Assembly: GCA_049293675.1 (NCBI GenBank)
Contig: JBAQBR010000001.1
Span: forward strand, 228,078-260,077
Length of the DNA stretch: 32,000 nucleotides
Direction of reading: 5' to 3'
Source: Patescibacteria group bacterium
GTDB taxonomy: Bacteria > Patescibacteriota > Gracilibacteria > BD1-5 > UBA2023
Part shown: positions 20,951 through 29,938 of the stretch, one piece after another
How positions within the stretch are numbered: the first letter of the stretch is position 1
Layout of the letters: every line of letters begins with the position of its first letter
Program-made: the position numbers and the translations under genes
Notes under the pieces: model-generated
Told to the model about the DNA's origin: nothing
Databases searched by the model: none
The model's input: the letters and a program-made list of their open reading frames with translations, nothing else

Positions 20951-21607
20951 TTATTCAGCCTTTGGTTCTTCTGTAGGAGTCTCTACCGCAGTTTCTGCTA
21001 CTGGAGCTTCCACTGGAGCCTCAGGAGCAACTTCTGCTACTGGAGCTGGAGCTTCAGCCTTGGCAGGAGCAGCACCAACAAGATCACCAACCTTTGTAAC
21101 ACCCTTTGCTGTGATATCCTTCCCTGCAGCATCGAAGAATCGTGCAAGACCAGAGAGTGGAGACATCATAGAACCGAGGAGTTTCGCGAGGAGTACTTCA
21201 CGAGATGGGAGTGTAGCGAGTTTCTTCGTCTCAGCACCATCCATAAGACGACCTTCCATGTAACCAGCAACGAATGTGAGCTTCTGCTCTTTTTTCCATT
21301 CGTTTGCATACTTGTTAGCAACTCCGAGTGGAGCAATTGCATCACCCTTAGCGATAACGAGCGCAACCTGACCAGGAAGAGTATTGATATCAACCTCTAC
21401 ACCGTAGACATTCTTGAACGCGATACGGATAAGAGTCTTCTTAGCAGTGAGAAATATTGCATTCTGTGCGCGGAGATCTCGCTTGAGAGCAGATACCTCG
21501 AGAACGGTAACCTTTGTATTTGAAGTAAAACCAACACTTGTAGCCTCTTTGAGGTGAGCCTCGAGGACCGCAAGTTGTTCTACTTTCTTTGCCTTTGATA
21601 CAGCCAT
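20951..21607 (-). CDS. rplJ: 50S ribosomal protein L10 with an Ala/Pro/Glu-rich C-terminal extension
   Basis: Intact 218-aa ORF directly upstream of rplL. The L10-like core ends at about ...[16 protein letters not shown]. The extra tail is [39 protein letters not shown]. No TGA codons. Confidence 0.9.
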   Translation of the reverse strand: MAVSKAKKVEQLAVLEAHLKEATSVGFTSNTKVTVLEVSALKRDLRAQNAIFLTAKKTLIRIAFKNVYGVEVDINTLPGQVALVIAKGDAIAPLGVANKYANEWKKEQKLTFVAGYMEGRLMDGAETKKLATLPSREVLLAKLLGSMMSPLSGLARFFDAAGKDITAKGVTKVGDLVGAAPAKAEAPAPVAEVAPEAPVEAPVAETAVETPTEEPKAE

Positions 21608-21816
21608 ATAATAAGATAATTAAGAGGTAATCTTCTGACGACATGAAGCGAAAAAAAATCGCGCATATCGCACGAACAGTTGAGAGTTTTAGTTTTTGGT
21701 TCTTGGTTATCAGTTGTTTCCAACTAATACCCAATACCTAATGCCTAATAACTATACTGTCCATCTCGGTAGGCTATTTTTAGTCCAAATAGGAACCTAC
21801 GGTCTGCGATAGAAGT
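21608..21816 (-). promoter_or_regulatory. long structured 5' leader of rplJ (candidate L10 leader)
   Basis: About 209 nt lie between the consensus promoter and the rplJ ATG. The minus-sense RNA contains CGCAGACCGTAGGTTCC and the 9-bp stem TATTAGTTG-GAAA-CAACTGATA with a GNRA loop. Assignment to the L10-leader family rests on position plus weak recollection of the motif, not on a covariance-model hit. Confidence 0.4.
21684..21751. repeat. two opposed 7-nt periodic tracts in the rplJ leader
   Basis: (RGTTNTT)x5 at 21684-21718 and (CYAATRC)x4 at 21724-21751. The two tracts are partly complementary and flank the GAAA-capped stem. Confidence 0.7.
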
Positions 21817-21822
21817 GAGCCG

Positions 21823-21849
21823 ATTATAGCGAATATTATTATTTGTCAA
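21823..21849 (-). promoter_or_regulatory. sigma-70-like promoter for rplJL
   Basis: On the minus strand: perfect TTGACA (21849-21844), a 15-nt spacer, and perfect TATAAT (21828-21823). Confidence 0.5.
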
Positions 21850-21875
21850 AAGTTTTTTTTATATATACTTCCTGT

Positions 21876-23783
21876 ATGAAAAAACTCCTCCTCATATGTG
21901 CGATCGTGGTTCTTTTTGCCTGAATATATGCAACCTCTGTAATCAGGATAGTATGACGAGAACTGAACCGAGAATACTGACATATCGTACTCCATGACAT
22001 CCGTGGCAATACACTCACATCCAAGTGACTCCCATGAGGGTACATGGTTCCCTACACTGGAAGCCTTGATACGACACTATTTGATGCGCTCATATATATA
22101 GAGGATAAGCGATTCAGAGAACACTCAGGCATAGACTATAAGGCAAAAATCTCAGGAATACAAGAAAACATCAAGGCCGGTAGAATCGTACGATGAGGCT
22201 CCACGATCACAGAACAATATATCAAGAATATATATTTTAGAGGAGAAAAAAGAACAATAAAGCAGAAGATAGATGAGGCTATAGCCGCCTTGTGGATAGA
22301 GCAAACTCACTCAAAAGAAGAGATATTGAGAGGATACCTCGACAATATCTACTTCGGCAATAATACATATGGATTACAGTGAGCACTCGATCTCTATTTC
22401 CCATGAAAAACTCCAGAAGACCTCACAAAAGATGATATACTCGACATCATCACGCGTATCCATAGTCCGAATATATGAGCATCAGATAGTAGCGAGTGGA
22501 AACAGTACAGAAAGGAGACAGCAACTCGACTCGGTTGGGAAGCTGGAACTCCATGACTCGATAGCACATACAGAAGGACATCTATAGAACTCTACCCAAT
22601 GATAACACAGCGGGTGATACAGTCTCAAAAAAAGTACTGTAAATGAGAAAAGGAAGAGCTCAAAAAATGGACATACAACATCCCACAAGACATGTGTCAA
22701 CGGGGCTCTATGGATCTACGTCTCTCGGTATCGCTTGAGTTACAAGACTATACCAACAATATTATACAGAAGACACTGGGTCGAATAGAGCAGGAAAATG
22801 TCACAGGCAGTGCTGTCTATATATACAATCCAACTGACAAAAAAGTACTTGCATATGTCGGAAATAGATGAGTGAGCTCTATCGATGGAGATATCGACAT
22901 GATAACACGCCGTCGTTCTGTTGGTTCGATTCTGAAGCCCTTTATCTATCTTTTGGCGCTCAGAGAGTGATCAGAACTCGAGTCACTCATACTCGATGAC
23001 ACAAGAACATATCCAACATGAATCGATGGAAAAGTATTCATCCCACAGAACTACAATCCTCGTGCATATGGACCAATTCGCCTCAGGGAAGCTCTCGGAA
23101 ACTCACTCAATAGCTCAACCGTACGACTCTCAGAAGCCATCGGAATCGGACGAATATATGACTTTTTCAGAAGTATTGGACTCTCACTCGACCATGATGC
23201 TGGATACTACGGATATGGTATATCCCTCGGAACAGTTGAGCTCTCACTCGAGAATATCGTAGAGTCATATAGTCTCCTCATAGATACAGAAGACCCGAAT
23301 ATCTTTCTTATAGAGAAGGCTCTCAGTGATCCTAAGAATCGAGCAAAAACCTTCGGAATATCGAGTATCCTCAATTCATCTATAGGACTCCCCGTCAAGA
23401 CAGGAACAAGTACAGACTTCAGAGATAATTGGGCGGTATCATACCACAGAGATGCCATTATAGGTATATGGGTAGGCAATGCCGATGGATCAGCCATGGA
23501 GGATATCTCATGAGTGAGTGGAGCTGGGCCAATATGGCACACCATCGCCGAATACATGATAGGACGCTGATTGATACAAGATACATGAACAATTCTTCCA
23601 ATATGAGCCAGTGAGACACTTCTCTGTCTCGATACGCGTTGCCTCAGGAAGGAACGAACATATATGAAGAATCCTGAAAGTATAAAAAGTCGACCGCTTG
23701 ATAACATCTACTATGAGGAAGACTTCGTATGACCTATGACAGAAGAAGATAAGAAAAAATGGGGTATAAAAAAGGGGGATTAA
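21876..23783 (+). CDS. class A penicillin-binding protein (glycosyltransferase GT51 plus transpeptidase)
   Basis: 635-codon frame ATG 21876 to TAA 23781-23783, with about 19 in-frame TGAs by hand count. N-terminal TM. GT51 motifs EDKRFREHSGID and R-(TGA at 22194-22196)-GSTITEQ. Transpeptidase SxxK (SVGSILKPF), SxN (SLNS) and KTG (KTGTS). The track shows only fragments of it. Confidence 0.9.
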
Positions 23784-23855
23784 AATGACCCAATAGAGAA
23801 AAATTAAGGATATTTCTCTTGCATAATCATAAAAATACGTAAAATACACAACACT

Positions 23856-24845
23856 ATGATACCATTCGACAAAATATACAGTTGGCTTTTTAAGTCATTC
23901 AACATATCGGGAGAGACGGAGCTTATTGAGCGTCTTGTAGGAGATGGATACGCCGAGATTATGATTATCAAGAGGTCATGGATATTTGCATTATTCATAC
24001 TCTGGATACCAATTGTTATTCTATGACTTTCAGGAATCAGCATCTGGATTGCGTATGATAGTGTAGATATAGATATCATCAAATATACCCTCATAGTTGG
24101 GAATATACTGATGTCGATGATACTCATACTATCAACCATTACGTATATCCGTCATTTTAGACGGGTTCATGGTGAGCCGACAATAGAGACTGATACAAAA
24201 AAACTCACAGATAATCTCTCACTTGGTGACAATTATTTTAGAAGTTTTTTTAACTGGTCGATCACCAATCAATTCATCCTCATCATTATCATTGTTCTTG
24301 AGATAGCAATGGTCGTCCTTTTTGGAAGTCAGATAGGAGAGCACTTCTGGATACTCGCGACGGATACACTCGTCATCATCCTCGAGATTACCTTCCTCAG
24401 ATATTTCCGCAAGCGGATGATGGATCTTGAGATGGATTACAATGTTGTTGTTCCGGGGAAGGTGTTTTTTGTAAACCAGTCAGGTGTCCTCTCTACAATT
24501 CAGACCATCGAGAGCGACAAGATAAAAACGGTTCAATCGTTATTTCCAAGTAAGATAGCCAGTTTTTTTAACTACGGAACCATCAATGTCCTCACTGAAG
24601 GTGATACTCAAGCAATGATGGGAACGATGAGTATGTACTATGTGACCAATCCTGATGGAGTTGTTACCAATATCCAGACTCTCCTCGATGAAAAATCCGA
24701 AGAGAGAAAAGAAAAGGCAGCGGTAATATTGGAGGAGATTGCACAGGCAACACAAATAGGCAACACAAAAAATGAAGAACAAAAAGAAGAGAGTAAGCGT
24801 CATACAATCGATACACGTGAAAAAATACGTGATGTACTCAGATAA
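23856..24845 (+). CDS. hypothetical multi-pass membrane protein (possible bPH/YdbT-like domain)
   Basis: ATG 23856 is joined to track ORF 24111..24845 through one TGA. There are 4 hydrophobic helices. A soluble segment VFFVNQSGVLSTIQTIESDKIKTVQ...INVLTEGD resembles bacterial PH domains. Lys/Glu-rich C-terminus. Confidence 0.55.
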
Positions 24846-24859
24846 AAACTATAACAATT

Positions 24860-25402
24860 ATGATTATTACACTTGGTGGACATCACGGCGCAGGAAAGAG
24901 TACTCTCTGAAAAAAACTTGCGGAACATTTTGAGTTCAAGAGATACTCAACTTGAGATTTTATGCGGGAACTCGCAATGGAGAGATGAATATCCTTGATT
25001 GATCTCGGACGCGAAGCTGAATCAGATGGTTGAGTCATCGATACTATACTCGACGACAGGCAAAAAAATCTCTGAAAGATAGAAGATAATTTTATTATTG
25101 ATGGACGCCTTGCTTTTTATTTTATTCCTCATGGAAAAAGAATTTTTCTTACCGTTGAGCCACTAGAGGCGGCAAGAAGAATATTCCATGATGAATCACG
25201 ATTGTGAGTAGAAACCCATGAAACAATAGAGCATGCAGCAGAAAATATCGTCGTACGTAGAAATAGTGAAGATGAACGCTATATGAAGTATTATGGTGTA
25301 CATATATACGATATGAGCCTCTATGATATAGTTGTTGACACAACAGATAGAACTCCAGAACAAGTGTTCGAAGAAGTATTAGCAAGACTCAACAATGACT
25401 AG
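24860..25402 (+). CDS. cytidylate kinase-like P-loop nucleotide kinase
   Basis: MIITLGGHHGAGKSTL-(TGA)-KKLAE P-loop, with 7 in-frame TGAs. 180 codons ending at TAG 25400-25402. Similar in length and layout to archaeal-type CMP kinases. Absent from the standard-code track. Confidence 0.65.
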
Positions 25403-26216
25403 TTCATATTCTCAAAAACATATCCTCACAGAGCCTCTCGGAAACAATGCCTTTGCTTGGCAAGAACGAGAGGTTTTGTATGGTCACTCACCTACTCTCA
25501 TCATTCCGAGTCTCATAGACGGAACTATCGAGGACGTGATGCTGTGAGACGATGTAGTATTCGAAGAGTGAGAGGATGGACAGATACGATCATGTACAGG
25601 ACTTCGAAACTTTGTACGACTCCGTCATTGCGACGTAGGAAGCAATCCAGCTAATAAAAAAGGTATTCCTAATATTGTTTCTGGATCGCTTCGTACCTCG
25701 CGATGACAGATACAGGCAGAGATACTTATCTTCGACAACCACAACCATGCACTCTACTTCTGGCTCGAAGCAGTGAGACGATGAGTTGTTGAGACAGGAT
25801 TCGAGCTCATACATATCGACGAGCACTCAGATCTCTGGGATAACTCAAATAAGCTCGATAGAGATAGAGCAATACAAGACGAGCAATACTCTTGGGATTT
25901 TGCCAATCTAGAGTGCAATGTTGGAAACTATATACGGCCAGCACTCAGGGCTTGACTCATCTCAACTATGATACGTATAGAGAACGAATACCAGATAGAT
26001 GAGTATATGGACTACACTCCATCAGAGAATAGTATTCTCAATATCGATATCGATATATTCGCCCCCGAACTCGACCATATTCCTGAGTGAAAAAAGATAA
26101 AAATCATCAAAAACTTGCTTGGGAAGGTAAAATATGTCACAATAGCAACATCACCTTACTTTATAGAGCAATGAAAGGCTATTGAGAAATTACATCAAAT
26201 TCTAAAACAAGAATAA
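25395..26216 (+). CDS. UPF0489-family protein
   Basis: 273-codon frame with about 11 TGAs. ILIFDNHNHALYFW and LIHIDEHSDLW match my recollection of the UPF0489 (C5orf22-like) signature. The ATG at 25395 overlaps the kinase stop (ATGACTAG). Confidence 0.55.
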
Positions 26217-26560
26217 AACCACTCTATTCTCCAGATGAAGTAAGTCTCATAGAATCATGGATTGAGGATTGATTAAGAATATTAAAAGATACAGGAAAAA
26301 GTGTAAATTATGAAGAGATGTGTCAGAGAATACTAGATACGATTCCTGGAAACTTTCTTATAATTGAATTTGAGAATCTAATTATCTGATGGAAGAGAAA
26401 ATTTAGTGAGAAGTATTCAAAAAGAGATAGAAGTAATGCATTCAAGGACTTTATCAAAGAATTACACACAAAATGATTAATAAAGAATGAAGTGCACTGA
26501 CTAACTGGTAGTTTCTCAGAAAAGATAACAAGTATAATACAAAAAAACTCAACTAATTAG
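26171..26560 (+). CDS. hypothetical protein (AT-rich, start uncertain)
   Basis: 129-codon frame from ATG 26171 to TAG 26558-26560 with 5 TGAs. It overlaps the preceding gene by 46 nt in another frame, and its stop codon lies inside the terminator stem. No recognisable motif. Confidence 0.4.
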
Positions 26561-26577
26561 TTGAGTTTTTTATTTTT
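26541..26577. terminator. bidirectional terminator between convergent small genes
   Basis: AAAAAAACTCAAC-taatta-GTTGAGTTTTTTATTTTT. Both convergent reading frames end inside the hairpin. Confidence 0.75.
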
Positions 26578-26772
26578 ACGTCGCTGCATTCATTCATCAA
26601 GTTTTTTGATATGATCGTGATGCTGATGATCATGTGGCGGATGGTCTGAGGTTGCATGGGGAGATGTTTTTACTCATCAATCCCCTTTCTCTGAACTCGT
26701 ACTCGCAAAAACACCAGTTACAGGGATAGAGCAGATAGTAGCGATGATGATGATCCTATAGGAACGAAACAT
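26557..26772 (-). CDS. small secreted His-rich protein
   Basis: ATG at 26772. Signal-like N-terminus MFRSYRIIIIATICSIPVTGVFAS, then HATSDHPPHDHQHHDH and a basic tail. 3 in-frame TGAs, 71 aa. Confidence 0.45.
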
Positions 26773-26885
26773 AATATGTGTTTTTATATGTATTTATAAG
26801 CATATTTTAGCATATATTAATATATTGACAAGTATAATTTTTATTTTTATATGAAAAACTCGACATTTTAGAGTTTTTTGCTATC

Positions 26886-27350
26886 ATGCGTGGCATGAAA
26901 GTAGTTCCCAATAAGACCATCATCGAGAACAAAAAAGCCCTCTTTGACTATGAAGTTATAGAGGAATTTGAAGCAGGTATTGTCCTCTATGGCCCGGAAG
27001 TCAAGAGTCTCAGGGCTGGTCAAGCCAATCTCAAGTGATCATATGTCACCCTCCACTCAGGTCGTCCAGTCCTTGTCGGATGCCATATATCAGAGTACAA
27101 GTCCAATACTGGAACCAAGTTCGAACCAAAACGAGAACGCAATCTCCTGATATCACAGAAGGAGATATCCAGACTCCAACAGAAAACCAAAGAAATGTGA
27201 GCAACCATAGTCCCTGTCGAGATATATACCAAGGGCAATCTCTTCAAGGTACGCATCGCCCTCGCCAAGTGAAGAAGAAAGTGGGAGAAGAAGAATCTCC
27301 TCAAAGAACGTGACCTCGACCGCGAAGTCGCAAGAAAATTTAGATTTTAG
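26886..27350 (+). CDS. smpB: SsrA-binding protein SmpB
   Basis: [36 protein letters not shown]-(TGA)-SYV and a C-terminal basic tail [16 protein letters not shown]. 154 aa with 3 TGAs. Confidence 0.9.
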
Positions 27351-27378
27351 AAATCATTAAGTTATCTTTTTAATTTTT

Positions 27379-27510
27379 GCTTCTTTATTTTCACGAGCTT
27401 TTAGAATCTGTCAGCGAAATTTTCATAAAAAATACAACGTCTCTGAATTTTGTATTTTTAGAAAATAAGCTGATATCAGATTCAAAAGTGAGTGAACGAA
27501 AAGAAGAACC
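27379..27510 (+). other. nested imperfect inverted repeat / candidate structured RNA downstream of smpB
   Basis: The outer arms 27379-27415 and 27469-27510 pair in blocks (TCAGC/GCTGA, GAATCTG/CAGATTC, CTTTT/AAAAG, TTCTT/AAGAA). The inner hairpin is AAAATACAA-12 nt-TTGTATTTT (27428-27458). No ORF in any frame under either code. Confidence 0.4.
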
Positions 27511-27553
27511 TTTTGTTACTTTTCAGTTATGAAAAGTAAATATACACCATCTT

Positions 27554-28873
27554 ATGCTCAACGAACGTTTTACATCCTACTTTCATGATACATTCTTCCT
27601 GTGAAAAGAAGAAGAGTTTCAGTCTTTTTTATCAGCAATAGAACAGCCGATTCCTCGTACCATCCGTATCAAGGAGGGAAAAGAGAAACAAGTACAAGAA
27701 AGTCTCGAAAAAGATGGTTGGATACTTACCGCAACCAATATCCCAAGAGTCTACAGCATGGATAGGAGAGAGGATTTTGATCCACTTGAGCGTCGTCTCG
27801 GATTTTCTCTTGATCATCTTCTTGGGAATTTTTATATCCAAGAGCTTGCTGCTGCTACTCCTGTAGATATACTTGCGGATAGCACTATCCAGACCGATAA
27901 CTTCCTCATACTCGATATGGCATCGAGTCCTGGAGGCAAGACAACTCAGCTTGCAGAATACTATCCCAATTCTTTTATCATAGCGAACGAACCAACCCGT
28001 GAACGCATACCACAACTCCTTCAGAACCTCGAACGCATGGAAACACCGAACGTTGGTGTGACACTCTATCCCGGACAGTATTGGAAACACCTTCCAGAGA
28101 CTTTTGATCGTATACTTCTCGATGCTCCATGTAGTGGAGAATGAACCCTCTACAAGTGAACCGATGCTGTGAAACACTGGCATATCAAAAACATCAAAGA
28201 TATCTCTCGACTCCAGACCAAGCTCCTTGATGCAGCACTTCATAGCCTCAAGGTTGGTGGTGAGATGATATATTCAACTTGTTCACTCAATCTCCTAGAA
28301 GATGAGTGAGTTGTAGAAGCAATGTATGAAAAGTATGGAAATTCATTTGAGATACTATTTCAGAAAAAGTTCTGGCCACATATCGACGGAACTGGGGGGT
28401 TTTTTATCACCAAGATACGCAAGACTCAGAGCCTAGAACAACAGGAAAAAAGTTGACTCAGATGAGGAAAAAATGACAAACTCAAGGTATTCCGCGGGGA
28501 TACGTATCCATGGGAGTTCCAAGATGGAGTCAAGCTCTATGAGCACGACAAGAAGATACTCGCCGTAAAAAATAGTCCTCATGGACTCATTGACACCTAC
28601 TTCATGCGATTCTGAGAACAGATAGGTAATATCGAGAACTGACGGTTCGAGCCAAGCATATGGTCAAATCGCTATATAGATACTACAGGACTCGAGACCT
28701 ACAATATACAGGATGAACTCATACTTGATAGTTACCTCAGAGGCAATCCTCTAATACATGAGTGAAAAGATGCCTATATACTCATCTCATATAACTGAGA
28801 ACAGATAGGTCTCGAATACAGAAAAGATAATACAATACAAAATACATTCCCAAGAGACTGGCGTAGAAAATAA
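27554..28873 (+). CDS. rRNA cytosine-C5 methyltransferase, RsmB/RsmF (NOL1/NOP2/Sun) family
   Basis: 439 codons with about 12 TGAs. DMASSPGGKTTQLAE (SAM binding), DAPCSGE-(TGA at 28142-28144)-T and YSTCSLN catalytic-Cys motifs. The C-terminal roughly 150 aa resembles the RsmF extension. Confidence 0.85.
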
Positions 28874-28874
28874 G

Positions 28875-28900
28875 AAAACCCTCCATTTTGGAGGGTTTTT
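28875..28900. terminator. bidirectional rho-independent terminator
   Basis: AAAACCCTCCA-tt-TGGAGGGTTTTT, between convergent stops at 28873 and 28914. Confidence 0.8.
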
Positions 28901-28913
28901 CTGAGGATACTGA

Positions 28914-29834
28914 TTAGTTCATGAGTGAATCAATCTTCTGAACGAAGTTGGCAAGTGGATACGCACCCTCAACTGTTGTATATTTCCCTGTCTTCACATT
29001 GAGGATGAGTGTACCTGGTGTACCACCGAGCCCGAGTCCGTTAGCTTCTTGAGTTTCAGCGAGGAACTCTGCAGCTGTCTCCTTGGCATCATAACATGCT
29101 TGCCACTTAGCTATATCAACTCCTGCTGTTTTGGCAGCTTCTCCGAGATTGGCTACAGGGAATACTGCTGATTGAGTTGTGCCATCCATAACTGCATGGT
29201 AGAACTTTGCATATGCCTCGTTCCCTCCTACCTTTTTTGCACAGAGTGCACCAACTGCCTTTGCTTCAGTACCAGAGTGATTTACTCCACGATTATTCTT
29301 GAATGCAAATGCAACCTTGTCTCCATATTGTGTAACGAGAGATTCGCGAAGCTTGGTCTCTGAATATTGACGGATACAGAATGGGCACTCCATATCAGAG
29401 TATTCGATAGCTATGATATCTGCCTGAGTATTGCCTTCGAGAGCCGCGCTTGATACAATCTTCTCAATCTGAGCAGCATCCATAACTTGATCTACTGCTG
29501 GGGTAGGAGCTGTTGCAGTACCGTTGGCACCTCCATTGGACTCGATAAATTGTCTAATCTGAGGAATCTGTTCCTGCATCTGGATAAGTGTTGCCTTGCT
29601 TACGAGTTCATAGTTTTCCTTACCACCAACTTTCTCGTACTCGAGTTCGAGGAGTGCCTTTTTGACACCGAGCGCGTCGATACCAGTCGATGCAGGAAGA
29701 GTTACAGAATTCCCTGTAAGGAGATAGATATTGAAAAATCCTTGAACAATAACAATCGCAAGGAGGATATATGTTACAAGAGCTGACGAAGTAGGAGTAG
29801 GGACTACTACTGGAGATGGTTCGTGTTTCTGCAT
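28914..29834 (-). CDS. membrane-anchored DsbA/BdbD-family thiol:disulfide oxidoreductase
   Basis: Intact 306-aa ORF with no TGA. N-terminal TM LVTYILLAIVIVQGFFNIYLL and active site CPFC in the thioredoxin-fold context IEYSDMECPFCIRQY. Confidence 0.8.
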   Translation of the reverse strand: MQKHEPSPVVVPTPTSSALVTYILLAIVIVQGFFNIYLLTGNSVTLPASTGIDALGVKKALLELEYEKVGGKENYELVSKATLIQMQEQIPQIRQFIESNGGANGTATAPTPAVDQVMDAAQIEKIVSSAALEGNTQADIIAIEYSDMECPFCIRQYSETKLRESLVTQYGDKVAFAFKNNRGVNHSGTEAKAVGALCAKKVGGNEAYAKFYHAVMDGTTQSAVFPVANLGEAAKTAGVDIAKWQACYDAKETAAEFLAETQEANGLGLGGTPGTLILNVKTGKYTTVEGAYPLANFVQKIDSLMN

Positions 29835-29844
29835 AGAGTATGAT

Positions 29845-29870
29845 TAAAAAATACCTACGAATTGTAGGTA
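29845..29870 (-). terminator. hairpin plus T-run between tsaD and the DsbA-like gene
   Basis: On the minus strand: TACCTAC-aattc-GTAGGTA followed by TTTTTTAATC, only about 10 nt upstream of the DsbA-like ATG. Confidence 0.5.
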
Positions 29871-29938
29871 CAATAAGGCCTAAATCAAGATGAAAACAAA
29901 AAACTCTTTGACAAAGCCATGAAATCCAAACTAACTTC

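Noticed and set aside
27351-27553. tmRNA (ssrA) next to smpB.
   Set aside because: There is no GGGG-type 5' acceptor strand, no T-arm GGTTCGAATCC-like sequence, no 3' acceptor/CCA-proximal stem and no plausible tag reading frame. The region is too short and too AT-rich.
16153-28243. Other long antisense ORFs: 16153..16893 +, 18854..19618 +, 20891..21523 +, 23207..23707 - and 27632..28243 -.
   Set aside because: Each lies opposite a confidently identified gene (alaS, the ABC ATPase and DUF4105 genes, rplJ, the PBP, the RsmB/F-family gene). Their products have no motifs and an odd composition. They are typical shadow ORFs.
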